From the human T2T-CHM13v2.0 reference genome, Homo sapiens: DNA of 64,000 nucleotides. This document shows, one piece after another, positions 22,561-35,200 of this stretch. The stretch lies in the NCBI RefSeq assembly GCF_009914755.1, contig NC_060931.1; one strand, given 5' to 3'. A program made the translations under genes and the position numbers. Under the pieces are notes generated by a model. The model did no database searches, was not told the origin of the DNA, and worked only from the letters and a program-made list of their open reading frames with translations. Each line of letters starts with the position of its first letter. Positions within the stretch are counted from its first letter, which is position 1.

Positions 22561-24394
22561 ATTCGTGATGCAATAAAAGTCCTTAAGCTTTACCAAATAC
22601 AGGGCCTGCCTTGATCTAGAGTGAGCTTTCAATGGTTCTGGAACTCAGTTTCAGTCAGCAAATGTACACAGCAAATGCACTGTGCTGGGCCTGCCCTACT
22701 CCACTATTCTTAGGCACACTGGAACAACTTTGCTGGAACCAGGGAGCTAGCTGAATGGCACGACTGTCTTCTGGTAGCATCTCACGCTTGGGTACAAAGG
22801 CCTGTCTACTGGCTTGCTCAGGCATGTTGAGAGTCTGAGTCTGCTGTTGGTAGACCTGAATAGGTCCACCTGTTCCCTTTTTCTGAGACAGTGTCCATTG
22901 GCTACATGGGTCACATCTCTGGGGGTGGCATAAATAACTACAGACAGGGTGGCAGGAAGGGCAGCCTAAGGAAGCTTGAGCAAGCTCTGAGGGTGACTCA
23001 GAAGCACCCACTTCCTGTGTCAGTTCAGCCTAGTGGGTTTCTTTATATGAAGCCCACCTTATTAAAGGAAGTGGAGGTGGGGGAGCAACTAGAGACAACT
23101 AGTACTTGTCACCTCAAGCAAGATGGGTTATCTACCTACATTCAACCTCCACTCTCTGCAATGTTTACTCCTGCCAGTGACTTAGTCGGCTATTTTCAGT
23201 GACAAACACTCCAGCTTCTAGGCCAGGCTCTCTGATTTTGGCTTCCTCTGGGTGCACAGAGAATGAAGGCAGCTGATGCTCCACTAGCGGCTGCCTCGGT
23301 GCCAGCAACCTGGCTGTGCTGCTGTTGGTGCCTTGGGTCTCTTTTCCTGTCTGCCCTTCTCAGCTCCCTTGGTTGCTGACTCCTCGCCATCTGACCATCT
23401 GCCTCGCTCTGCCCCTTCCACCCACCACACATTTCTGGCTGCTGATGCTTGCAGTGCCTTTGGGTGCCCATCTGGCCCAGCCCTTGGGATGAGGGGACTC
23501 CTGCCTTCTCCTGCTTCTCTGACCTCTGCTCCCTGGATGCCTTATGTAGATTCTGGTTCCCTGGTCCTGGAATCCTCACTGCTGCTTCTGATCCGGTGGG
23601 ATAATAATGAGGTTACATGGTGAGAAGGCCACCCAGGTATTGTAATTAGTAGCCACACCAAGCCAGCTCTATTGGGTGGGTGATTAGAAAATTTTTTTTT
23701 CTAATCTTAACACTTATTATACTAAAACTATCTACTTAAGTATTTTCCCCCCAGATGGAGAGTTTCTTGAGGGCAAGAACTGAGTTTATTTTTCTTTATA
23801 TCCAGAGTGCCTAGAATATAGAAATTAACTGGTAAATGTTGGCTGAACTGAGGTTGGGAATGGGAGGGAAAGTGTATAGGGGATGATGCTCTGATGTCAG
23901 CTTCCTGGGCTGACCCTGAAGAAAGAAGGAAACGTGGGCATTTGTGGTTGTCAGTCCCACCCCTCTCTTGGGGGAGTGGCCCTTGGACAGGGCAGGAGGC
24001 TGCTCAACCTTGGCCTTGACTGCAAAGGTCTCTGGGTCTTGCTGTGTGCTTCACCCAGACCTCATCCTGATGCGCGCCCAACCCATCCATGGTTCATCAT
24101 CCACCGTGTCTGCAGTTCCCTCAGGGAGAGATTCTTTTGTACTGGCATGCAGGCCAGTGGGATGAGAGGGGCAGTAAATCTGGGAGCAAGTGGGAAGCTG
24201 CAGGCCGAGTGCACACAGTACTCAGCGCAAGGGAGGTGCTCCAATATCAGGAAAAAGATACAACGGCTCTTTCATTTCTCTCCTTTCTTTTTTCAGATTA
24301 TAAAGTAATACATGTTCACAGGGACAAAATACAAAAGTATAAAAGCCTTCTGTCCTCCTCAATCTACTCCCTAACATTAACTACTGTTAACAAT

Positions 24395-24687
24395 TCTTTT
24401 TTATTTGTTTATTTTTTTGACACACAGTCGCATTCCTCGCCCAGGATGGAGTGCAGTGGCACGATCTCGATCTCGGCTCACTGCAACCTCCACCTCCTGG
24501 TTCAAGCAATTCTCGTAGCTGGGATTACAGGCGCACACCACCAACCCGGCTTATGTTTGTATTTTTTCTAGAGACGGGGTTTCTCCATGTTGGCCATGCC
24601 TAGTCTTGAACTCCCGGCCTCAAGTGATCCTCCCACCTCAGCCTCCCAAGGTGGTGAGATTACAGGCATGAGCCACTGCGCCTGGCT
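24395..24687 (-). mobile_element. Alu with TSD CTGTTAACAATTCTT
   Basis: Reverse Alu consensus with flanking direct repeat. Confidence 0.9.
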
Positions 24688-25057
24688 GTGCTGTTAACAA
24701 TTCTTGACATCTTCTGGAAATGTGCTATTTTACAAAAGCACGTATACATATAGCTTGCATATACAAAATGTGTGTATGTGTTCACATGCAGATAGATATA
24801 TAAACAGACAGAATTTGATGGTGTCATGAGACAGAAAGAGAAAATGGTAGCCCACAGGTATAAAGTAGGGGTGTTGGGGTGAAGGCAGACTTGAAAGGGG
24901 CTGTTGATGGACCAGGTAGGAGGGCCTGAGGAGAAGTGATGGAATACAAGGATGGAAGCAAGGATGGGGCAGGAGAGTCTTAATATTTGTGTTGCAAAAA
25001 AATTTTGCAGTTTAGGAGGTGAGAAATCCAACATCCAGTTAGCCTCAGTTTCCTTAA

Positions 25058-25530
<473 letters not shown>

Positions 25531-25951
25531 TGATGTTATTAGGGTGCTGCTATTGTTGCTGTTTTCAGAATGCTTCACGTGGTCCCTGGCCCGTGAGTGA
25601 ACCTCTATCCATCTGCAGTTGGCATATGGAAAGAACCTCCTGGTCACATTTCTCTTTCCATTTTAGAAATCATTCTTTTGTTGTGACACTGTCTTTTCAT
25701 TTTCCTTCCCTGACTGCTCTTAACTTCCTACTTTATGCTGTGCACTCTTGAAGAAAACTTTCTGGTACCTGATGGTTATAAATCCTTGGAGGCGCGTGAA
25801 GATGTTTTAGGTAGTAAAGGGCAGTGGCCATTTTCTCACTTTGTCTCCCTGGCCTGGTCTTAAGCTGTTGGGCATTCTTTAGTCAGGAACATCTTATTTG
25901 CTGTACTTCACACATACTGCCTAAGGATATCAATTAGAATTGCTTACTTAA

Positions 25952-26300
<349 letters not shown>

Positions 26301-27764
26301 CATTGTCTTCATTTTAAGAGCACTGACTCTGCTGCTCCTCTTGAGACATCTTGGGCAGTGATTCTGTTCTTCTGGGATACTCTGGGTGTTTCTACTTGTA
26401 TTTAGAATGGCTGGCTTAAAAGTCTTTGTTTGAATATTCCGCATTCTGAATGCTCTTAGTTGTCAGTAAAACTATGCCTGCCTACGCACTCTTCTATTTC
26501 TGATTTAAAAATAGGTTCAGCTGCCTAACAATTACACATACTCTATTTTGCACGCGCACATTACTTAAGGAGACATTTAGAGGGTAGATAGCTTTTATTC
26601 CTATGAGTTATCTTGAAATCATCTTCTTAACTATCTTTTTTTCCCCAAAGGGGCCATATTTTGAAGGATTTGTGATGAGACTTTTGGTCTGTGAAGCCCA
26701 AGACACAATCTCCAACATGCACAGGAAATCCAGTATCAAATTTCTAACATGTCTTCAGAGACAGGCCCAGGGCTGGCTTGAGCGTGTCAGAGAGGTGTGC
26801 ACTGCGTACTACCCATCATACATGGCCACACATGCCTGTGGCTGTGAGAAATACTGGTGGTGACAAAGACAATGAGATGCCAGAGAAAAAGATCAGTGGG
26901 GTTTGCAAAAGTGATTAAGATGTCGTCCTAGGTATAATTAAAGACTTAATAAGGTTGAAGGAAAGAGAGGACATTGCACATACCGAGGCCCCTGAGAGAT
27001 CTGCCTGGCAACCCAGAAAGGGACATATGGGGGAAAACGCCTTAGTGTAACCAGGTCAGAATTTTCATTCTGGGCAGAACTGGAATTTGAATAATAATAC
27101 TGAGTCATATAGAGCATACAGCTATGACATTTCATTTATTTCTCTATATAATGCAATAAAGTAGATGGATTAACCGTGACGTTTACAGATGGAGCAGGGG
27201 AGAATGAAGAGGCGTCAGTTTGGGCATCAGGCTGGATCTTCACACTCTGACCTCACTCTGCTCTATCCTGCCCAGTGTTGCTTCACCTGATATCAGGGGT
27301 GCAAGGCAACCAGATCTGACACCAGTTTCAGTTTAGATCCTGCCTTTACCTGGGTGTGACCCGGGTCCATCTCTTCAGCTCGGCCTCTGCTTTCTCTTCA
27401 TAAACTTTTGGGGTTAGTCCTCGGATGATCTCTAAAACATGGCCCAGGTGCTCCTTGCCAGTAGAGTGTAGCCGGATTTGGAGGGACTGGACACTCAGTG
27501 TGAACAAGACGAAGGCCTCAGGAGGCAGTAAAAGCTGACAAGAGGAGAGAAAATGAAGCGCCTACGGGTGCATACTGGACTAGCGGGCGAAAGGCCATGA
27601 CTCCTTAGTTTGGAGAAAGAACTGGGGCCGAGATTGGGGAAGTTTCCCAGTGCAATTAAAAAAAAAAAAAAAAAAAGAACTAGAAGAATTACCCAGGTCT
27701 GGCTTCTTTCGTGTAGCCTGGGGCTGAGTCGCAGGCTGAGAAATCCAGTCTGGCCAGTAGGGGG

Positions 27765-27873
27765 CTCCACCAAGCGCAGTCTCAGAATGCCCAAGAGCTC
27801 CACCGTCGCCCGGGGTCTCCACCAAGCGCAGTCTCAGAATGCCCAAGAGCCCCACCGTCGCCCGGGGTCTCCA
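27765..27873. repeat. 52-bp tandem duplication (2.1 copies, 1 mismatch)
   Basis: Units start at 27765 and 27817. Confidence 0.95.
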
Positions 27874-28739
27874 AGAGGAGTGGGTCGTGGTGGGCGTTGA
27901 AGGGCCGTAAAAGACGAGCAGCCCGCGTCCGCGTCCGTCCTCCCGGGTCTCCAGTCCGCAGGCGGCCGCCGCCTCGGCCCCGCCCTCCCACCTCCATTCC
28001 CGGCCCCGCGGACCCGAACGGTCCCTCTCGCAACCGATCTGCTGGCTGGGGCGCTGGGGATGCGAATTCCTAGAAGCCTTAAGAGGCTGCCCAGCGTTGG
28101 AAGTTCGTATCCCCAAGAATGCTGGAGGTTCCGGCTCACACACCCCCTCCGGGCACAGAGTCAGCTGGGGGGTGCTGGGAGGGAGAACGCCCCGCTCCTC
28201 ACCCCCCATCCCCGTGCACCCTGGAGCCCAGCTCCATACGTTCGGCCACCCCAGGCGGACTCGGGGTGGCCGGGTAGCGGGTGGTGGCAGGAGGGGACCG
28301 GGTAACGGCAGGCCCGAGAGGAGGTCGCTGGGCCGGGCCGGAGGCGCACAGGGGCTGCGTGGCTACCTCGGCGGCACCCGCCCCACCTCCGCCGGCTAAG
28401 CCCGGAGGGGGACGGTGAGTCAGATCTCGGGCACCCGCGGGTCGGGCGGGGAGGGGGAGGCAGGTCAGGAAATGACATCAGAGGCCTGTGCTCAGGGAGT
28501 GGGGGTCTGAGCCGGGCTGGGGCGGCGGGGGCGGCAGTGAGTGGGGTGGGGGCGAGCGGACCTCGGCGGAGCCTCCGGCCTGAGGCAGGATCAGGGCCCC
28601 TTCCTGGGGGAGTTTCCTGCCTGGTCCGCCCTTCCCCGCTCTCCCCGCCCCCTCTCCGGGCCGCTCCTTGTATGGTCTGGGCGCCGCTCTCTCCCCGCCC
28701 CCTCTCTTCTCCCTCCCTCCTCCTTCCGTGTGTCCCTCC

Positions 28740-28836
28740 CCGCCCGGCTGGAGGCTGCTCCGGACCGGGACGCAGAGTCTGCGGACCCGGCGCCGAGGCG
28801 GCCACCCGAGACGCGGCGCGCACGCTCCGGCCTGCG
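28740..28836 (+). other. ZYX: ZYX non-coding exon 1 (start approximate)
   Basis: Donor GCG|GTGAGG at 28837, splicing to the CAGCAG acceptor before the ATG. Confidence 0.7.
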
Positions 28837-28998
28837 GTGAGGCGCGGGGAGCGGCAGGGCGGCCCCACGGGGAGGGGGCGCGGGGCGCCGGGAGGGGGCG
28901 AGTGGGGGTCACCAAGGGGAGCTGGGACCGCCTGGGGCTCCTGAGCCCGGCTCCGCGCTGCGTAACCCGGCGACCCACCCCAGCAGCCCGGCCCGGCC

Positions 28999-29206
28999 AT
29001 GGCGGCCCCCCGCCCGTCTCCCGCGATCTCCGTTTCGGTCTCGGCTCCGGCTTTTTACGCCCCGCAGAAGAAGTTCGGCCCTGTGGTGGCCCCAAAGCCC
29101 AAAGTGAATCCCTTCCGGCCCGGGGACAGCGAGCCTCCCCCGGCACCCGGGGCCCAGCGCGCACAGATGGGCCGGGTGGGCGAGATTCCCCCGCCGCCCC
29201 CGGAAG
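28999..29206 (+). CDS. ZYX: ZYX exon 2, coding part
   Basis: GCCATGG; donor G|GTATGC. Confidence 0.96.
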
Positions 29207-32200
29207 GTATGCGGCGGGGCTTGGGGAATGTACCCCGGCAGGAGCCGGGGTGGGGGGCAGTGGTTTCGGGAATTTGGGGATGTCTGGAAAGGTTGTTGCC
29301 GAGGGGGCTGGGCGCAGCCACCCTGTCCCGAGCAGATGTTCTTACCTCATCGTGGAGCTCGTGGCTGGGAGCCAGGGCTCCTGGGACCGTTCCAAGTCCC
29401 CCGCCTGGGAGTGGGAGTCGGGAATGTGGGGCACGAATCTTCCCCTCCGGGTCCGTTTTCCGAAGTGTAACGGGAGCTGCACCACTCCTCGGCAGTGCGC
29501 CCGGCCTTTCCTGACCTGGTACTCCCAGGGCGCCCTGCGCCCCTCCTTTGCTTCCCCACACGCTCTGGGACCCCTGAGAGAGTTCTTGGGTTAGGGGTTA
29601 GAGCGGTTAACTGAGGGGAGCTTGGGTGAGGGGTAGAGGGACCCCGGCCGACGTCTTTCTCCTTCCTACCCCAGACTTTCCCCTGCCTCCACCTCCCCTT
29701 GCTGGGGATGGCGACGATGCAGAGGGTGCTCTGGGAGGTGCCTTCCCGCCGCCCCCTCCCCCGATCGAGGAATCATTTCCCCCTGCGCCTCTGGAGGAGG
29801 AGATCTTCCCTTCCCCGCCGCCTCCTCCGGAGGAGGAGGGAGGGCCTGAGGCCCCCATACCGCCCCCACCACAGGTACGGAGGCCTGGGAGGGGCGGCTG
29901 CACTGGACACCCCCAAGGAGAGGAGAAGAGGGCCCTTTCTTCTTACCTCCCCTGCACCTCTGCCTTGGGGGTGGGGGGATAGAGGCATGGAATAGGTGCT
30001 CTGACCTCTGACCCTCTAGCCCAGGGAGAAGGTGAGCAGTATTGATTTGGAGATCGACTCTCTGTCCTCACTGCTGGATGACATGACCAAGAATGATCCT
30101 TTCAAAGCCCGGGTAAGGGACCGGAGAGTAGGAAAAGCAAGGCTCAGGGCCAGAGAGACTGGGCATAGAACTAAGGAGGATGGTGTCCTCCTGACTGCAT
30201 CTCTCTTCCCTCTCCCACCCCTTGCAGGTGTCATCTGGATATGTGCCCCCACCAGTGGCCACTCCATTCAGTTCCAAGTCCAGTACCAAGCCTGCAGCCG
30301 GGGGCACAGCACCCCTGCCTCCTTGGAAGTCCCCTTCCAGCTCCCAGCCTCTGCCCCAGGTTCCGGCTCCGGCTCAGAGCCAGACACAGTTCCATGTTCA
30401 GCCCCAGCCCCAGCCCAAGCCTCAGGTCCAACTCCATGTCCAGTCCCAGACCCAGCCTGTGTCTTTGGCTAACACCCAGCCCCGAGGGCCCCCAGCCTCA
30501 TCTCCGGCTCCAGCCCCTAAGTTTTCTCCAGTGACTCCTAAGTTTACTCCTGTGGCTTCCAAGTTCAGTCCTGGAGCCCCAGGTGGATCTGGGTCACAAC
30601 CAAATCAAAAATTGGGGCACCCCGAAGCTCTTTCTGCTGGCACAGGCTCCCCTCAACCTCCCAGCTTCACCTATGCCCAGCAGAGGGAGAAGCCCCGAGT
30701 GCAGGAGAAGCAGCACCCCGTGCCCCCACCGGCTCAGAACCAAAACCAGGTGAGGGATGGTGATAGGACAAGGCTTGGTACCAGGGCACTGGGGCGGGGC
30801 TGGGTCAGGAGCCAGAGCATAAGCATAAGGTGATTGGAGAGTCAGGGTGGACACGGGGGTTGCGGGGTGGCGGGATAGGAATTTTCATCCTCTGGGGTTA
30901 GCCTGGTGGAACAATGGTAGGAAAATGCTCCTCTGGAGGAGAGGCCTGGCTGGGTGTGGGGCTGGGTGGGGCCTGGCTGGGACGGCGCAGAGAGCATGGG
31001 CTCTGAATTAGGAGGATCTGGTGGACCTTTCCTTGTGCCTTTACCCCAGAAAGTTAAAGGGAGGGATGAGATCACCAGTTCCACCTTGGTTTTTCCCATT
31101 CTTGGGTCTTGAGTTAATCTCCCTGCTCCTCTGAGCACTCTTTCTGCCTGAGGGCTTGGAGGTAAGAGACAGCCCCAGTAAACACTGGTTGAGCCAGCAT
31201 CCACCACGTGCCAGGCACTGTGCTCTGTGCCCAGGAGGGTAGGACATGGGAGGGAAGAGATCTCTGCAAGAAGCTCAGCCTTCAGGTGTCAGATGGACCT
31301 GGAATGGAATTCTTGGCTCAGCTTCTCCCAAGTCCTTAGACTGGGCAAGTTAGGTGAACCCTGAGCCTCAGTTTCTCAATCTTTAACATTCTCTACTCCA
31401 TACAGTGGTTGTGAAGATTGGGTGAGCTAATACCTAGAGAGTGTTGGGTTCTGTATCTAGTACAGGAATGCTCAAAATAGAAAAGCTGTAATTACAAAAT
31501 GGTTCTTGCCTTCTAGTTCAGGAAATAAGATCGTCCAATTTCTGGTGACGAAGATGACCCTGATGGTCATCTAGTCCAAGCATCCAGAGTCCACTGATAG
31601 TGTTGATGTCTACCTACACTCGGACACAGCATAGGAAGAAATGCCAAGGGCCAGTGAGCTTTGCAGAATCCTGTGAGTCACAGGCACTCAGACCAGGGAG
31701 TCAACTCGGGGAGTCAAATTAGGAAAGGCTTCGAAGGATGGGCAGGACGTAAGAATCCAGAGAGGAGAGGGATGTTTGGAGAACAGAAAGTGGAAGGTTC
31801 CTGTAGGAAAATGATAGAGCTATACTTGGAGAGGCAAGCGGGGCTGGAGGGTGTAGGAGGTGAAGTGGCTCACCCAAGGAGCTCTTGAGCACTGGAGAGG
31901 CATTCATGATTTTTGAGTAGGTGTGGGGTGGGTCAGGAGGGCTGGTGAAAGCAGTGTTTTTGGAAGCTTTCTGGAAAGTTTCACCAGCAGAGATGTGTAT
32001 TCGAGGGAGGTCAGTGATGGGTGTGAATTCACTCTTGGGCAATAGTAATGTTAGCTGCAATGAAAATTAAACCGTGCATGTGAGAGCTGTGTGCTAGAGC
32101 TGTTGGGAAGGCACAGCCTCCAGGACTTAGCAAGGGATGAGCAATTGGAAGACAAGGGTGAGGGGAAGAGGGAAAAAAAAGTCTCCAGCGCGATTTGGAG

Positions 32201-35200
32201 ATGGGGTGTGGGCGGATGGCAGGATTGCTGACAAAATAGAGAAGTCCAGAAGGGGAAATGGTTTGGACGGGAAGAGGAGGGGTCCAGCTGTCAACGTTTT
32301 GAGCAACAGGTCCCAGGAGGACTTTCAGCTGGGGCCGTCATTCAGCTAGAAATCCAGGGCTAGGTTTCAGGAGAGGGCCAGAGATGTCTAGCATGGTAGT
32401 GGGGCACAGTGACACTGTGACGCTGGAGGGTCAGGGTCGGAGCGGAGGAGCTTCCCAGGGAGTGCAGACAGCGGGGACCAGGAGGTGCGGGAAGAAGAGT
32501 CAGGAGGAGAGTCAGGGTGCACTTGGAGAAGAGAGCTGAGCTCCTCAGTGGGGTATTTGAGGGAGTGAGGACTCAAGGCTAGAGATTAGACTGTTGGGAA
32601 ATCATCAGCGGTCTTGGGATGGCCTGTTTGTGCCCTGTGGTGGGAACACAATGTGAGGAGTTGAGGAGAGAGTGGGTGGTGAGAAGTGGGGCTGCTGGTG
32701 TAGCCTGGTCTTAAAGGACTAAGGGAAGGACTGTGTGTCAGTGGTGTGTGTGTGTGTATATATACACATATGTGAATATATGAGTGGCGTGTGTGTGTGT
32801 GTTAGTGTGTGGGTGTGGGTATGGTGTATGTGAGTGTATGTGCATGTGTGAGCATGAATGTATGAGTGGCGTGTGATGTGTGTAGTGTGATTGTGTGAAA
32901 GTATGTGTATATGAGTACATGTGTGCATGTGTGAGTGAAGGTGTGTGCATGTGTGAGTGTGGCTGTGATGTGTATGGTGTGTGATTGCACAAGTGAAGGT
33001 GCACATACATACTTTCTTACAAATACACACAAGTGGCGTATGTGTATATATGTGAGTGGTGTGTGTGAGCGTGTGGTGTGGTATATCTTTTTTTTTTTTT
33101 TTTTTTTTTTTTTGGAGACGGAGTGCAGGCTGTCGCCCATGCTTACTACAACCTCCGCCCCCCTGGCTCAAACGATTCTCCTGTCTCAGCCTCCCAAGTA
33201 GCTGGGATTACAGGCACGTTCCACCACACCTGGCTAATTTTTGTATTTTTTAGTAGAGATGGGGTTTCACCATGTTGGCTAGGCTGGTCTCGAACTCCTG
33301 ACCTCAAGTGATCTGCCTGCCTCAGCCTCCCAAAGTGTTGGGATTACAGGTGTGAGCCACCGCGCCTGGCCTGGTGTGGTATTATCTGAATGTGAGTGGT
33401 GTGTGTGTGTGTGGTATGGTATATGTGTGAGTGTGTGTGTGTGGTGTGGTATATGTGTGAGTGTATGTGAGTGGTGTATGTGTGTGGTCTGGTATGTGTG
33501 TGTGCATGTGAGTGGTATGTGGGTATGTGTGAGGGTGTGTGTGTTTGAGTCTGTGGTGTAGCATATGTGGTTTTTGCAAGTTAGGGGAGAAGGGCTCAGG
33601 TACGTGTGTAACCCGGGGAAGCAGGTGATGGAGGGTGAGTGTTGTGGGAGAGCAGGGGCAGGCTGCTTCGGTCCCTGGAGGAGATCTTGGTGATGTCTCC
33701 TCCCCCAGAGGCATACCAGACAGCAAGGACAGAGTGGTTGCAGCGTGGATAGGAAGGACGATGAGGGAGCTTAAGCTGGCTGGCTTCCATGTCCTCAACC
33801 ATGTGGGAGGTGAGGTCACGGTGCGAGCAAAGGGACGAAGCAGGTGGGGGCTCAGGAGATGGAGAGGTCTGGAACGGCTGCTGTGGGGAAGGCTGGGCTG
33901 GAGGTCGCGCGGGTGCTGCAGTGTTGTGAGCTCACGCTGCAGTGTTCAGTGATCTCTCCACTGCTTTCTGCAGCTTGGAAGCAGAAACAGGAAGAGGGTG
34001 GTGGTGTGACTTGGGGTTGGAGACTGGGCCGGATAGCTGCGGGTGGCTGCAGGTGCCCGGAGGGACAGTGAACCCTGTAGGAGTTAGATGGTCATGGGAC
34101 CAGGCTGGGGCATGGTGGACAAAGTCCAGGGGTGGGTTGCGGGTGGGGGCAACTAAGGCTTTTCTGGGTTCATGTAGTAGGTGTGGATGGGGAAGAGGAG
34201 AGGCAGATAATGGCTGGCAAGAGACTTGGAGGTAAATCTGAGGTCAAGGATGTCCCATGATGGATGATGACTGAGATGGACGGAAGTTTGGTTTGAAGCG
34301 GTGGCATTGGTGCAGGCTGGCAGAGGGGGCAGTTCTGGATAGAGTGTCCTGATGAATGGGGATACCCATGGGAGGTGATGCAGATGAGGATTCTGTGCTT
34401 CTGAAGGAGGAGCCAGGCATTTAGAATGGCACTGGAGAGCAAGGACTGACTGAGCCCCTTCACTGTGTCCCCAAGAGGCCAGGAAGGGAAGATTGGAGGA
34501 GACAAAGTTGAAGTGAGTGTTCCAGGGAACGAGTCAGTTAAGAGATGGTAGGATCTTAAGGGAAGATGGCTAAGATCTTAAGGGAAAATGGCTAAGATCT
34601 GGAGAGTTGGACTTATATGGACGCATGCTTCACTGGGCAGAAAGGACGCAACTCTGGGTACAGATGGGGGTCGGGGTGAGGGGCAGTGAAGCCAGGGCTG
34701 AGGGGAGAGGGGCTATGGGAGGAGGTAGCAGGGGGGCTTTGGAGGTTCCAGGTGTTATGGGAATGAAGGCATCTGCAGGTAGCACACTCAGTGATGGGGC
34801 CACAGTCCTGGGTAGGCTTTTCCAGACATAGAAAAGACCCACCCAGTGCACTTGCTCCTGTGGGCGTGTCTCCCGGCAGTGCTGATGCAGGTCAGACAGC
34901 CCTTCCCGGAGTTCTCAGGGTTACCTCTCAGGGTTACTGGCAGCGCTGTCCTTAACATCCACCCCCCACTCCAGTCCCCGGGATCCCCTAAATGGGAAGG
35001 TTGGGCTGGCCTAGGGGGTGGCCTTTGGACCTTCTCTGAGGCTGCTGGGGAGGGACCTGAGTGAGGTAGTTCAGAGGCCCCTCACTCGAGGGACAGGGTC
35101 TCTGTGTGGGGGTGGGGCTGGGTTCTTGCAGACAGCTCAGTGGGTTTAACCTGCAATTCCTGCCTGTGTTGTATCCTCACGCTGACAGGGGCTGCTCAGC

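Larger units (their letters stand above)
27760..29560. promoter_or_regulatory. CpG island, ZYX promoter
   Basis: High CpG density, GC boxes, AP-1 TGAGTCA at 28416-28422, CArG-like CCTTGTATGG at 28666-28675. Confidence 0.9.

Noticed and set aside
27765-27873. Direct repeats as a CRISPR-like array
   Set aside because: Contiguous tandem copies with no spacers, in human DNA
27495-29594. Multiple long ORFs around the ZYX promoter
   Set aside because: Same GC-content artefact; only the 28999 frame splices into zyxin
29875-30019. ZYX intron 3 (also the 3' end of ZYX intron 9 and EPHA1 intron 13) as further mirtrons
   Set aside because: Only short or heavily bulged stems by eye, weaker than EPHA1 intron 17
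32719-33171. His/Thr-rich ORFs
   Set aside because: Translations of the (CA)n low-complexity tract
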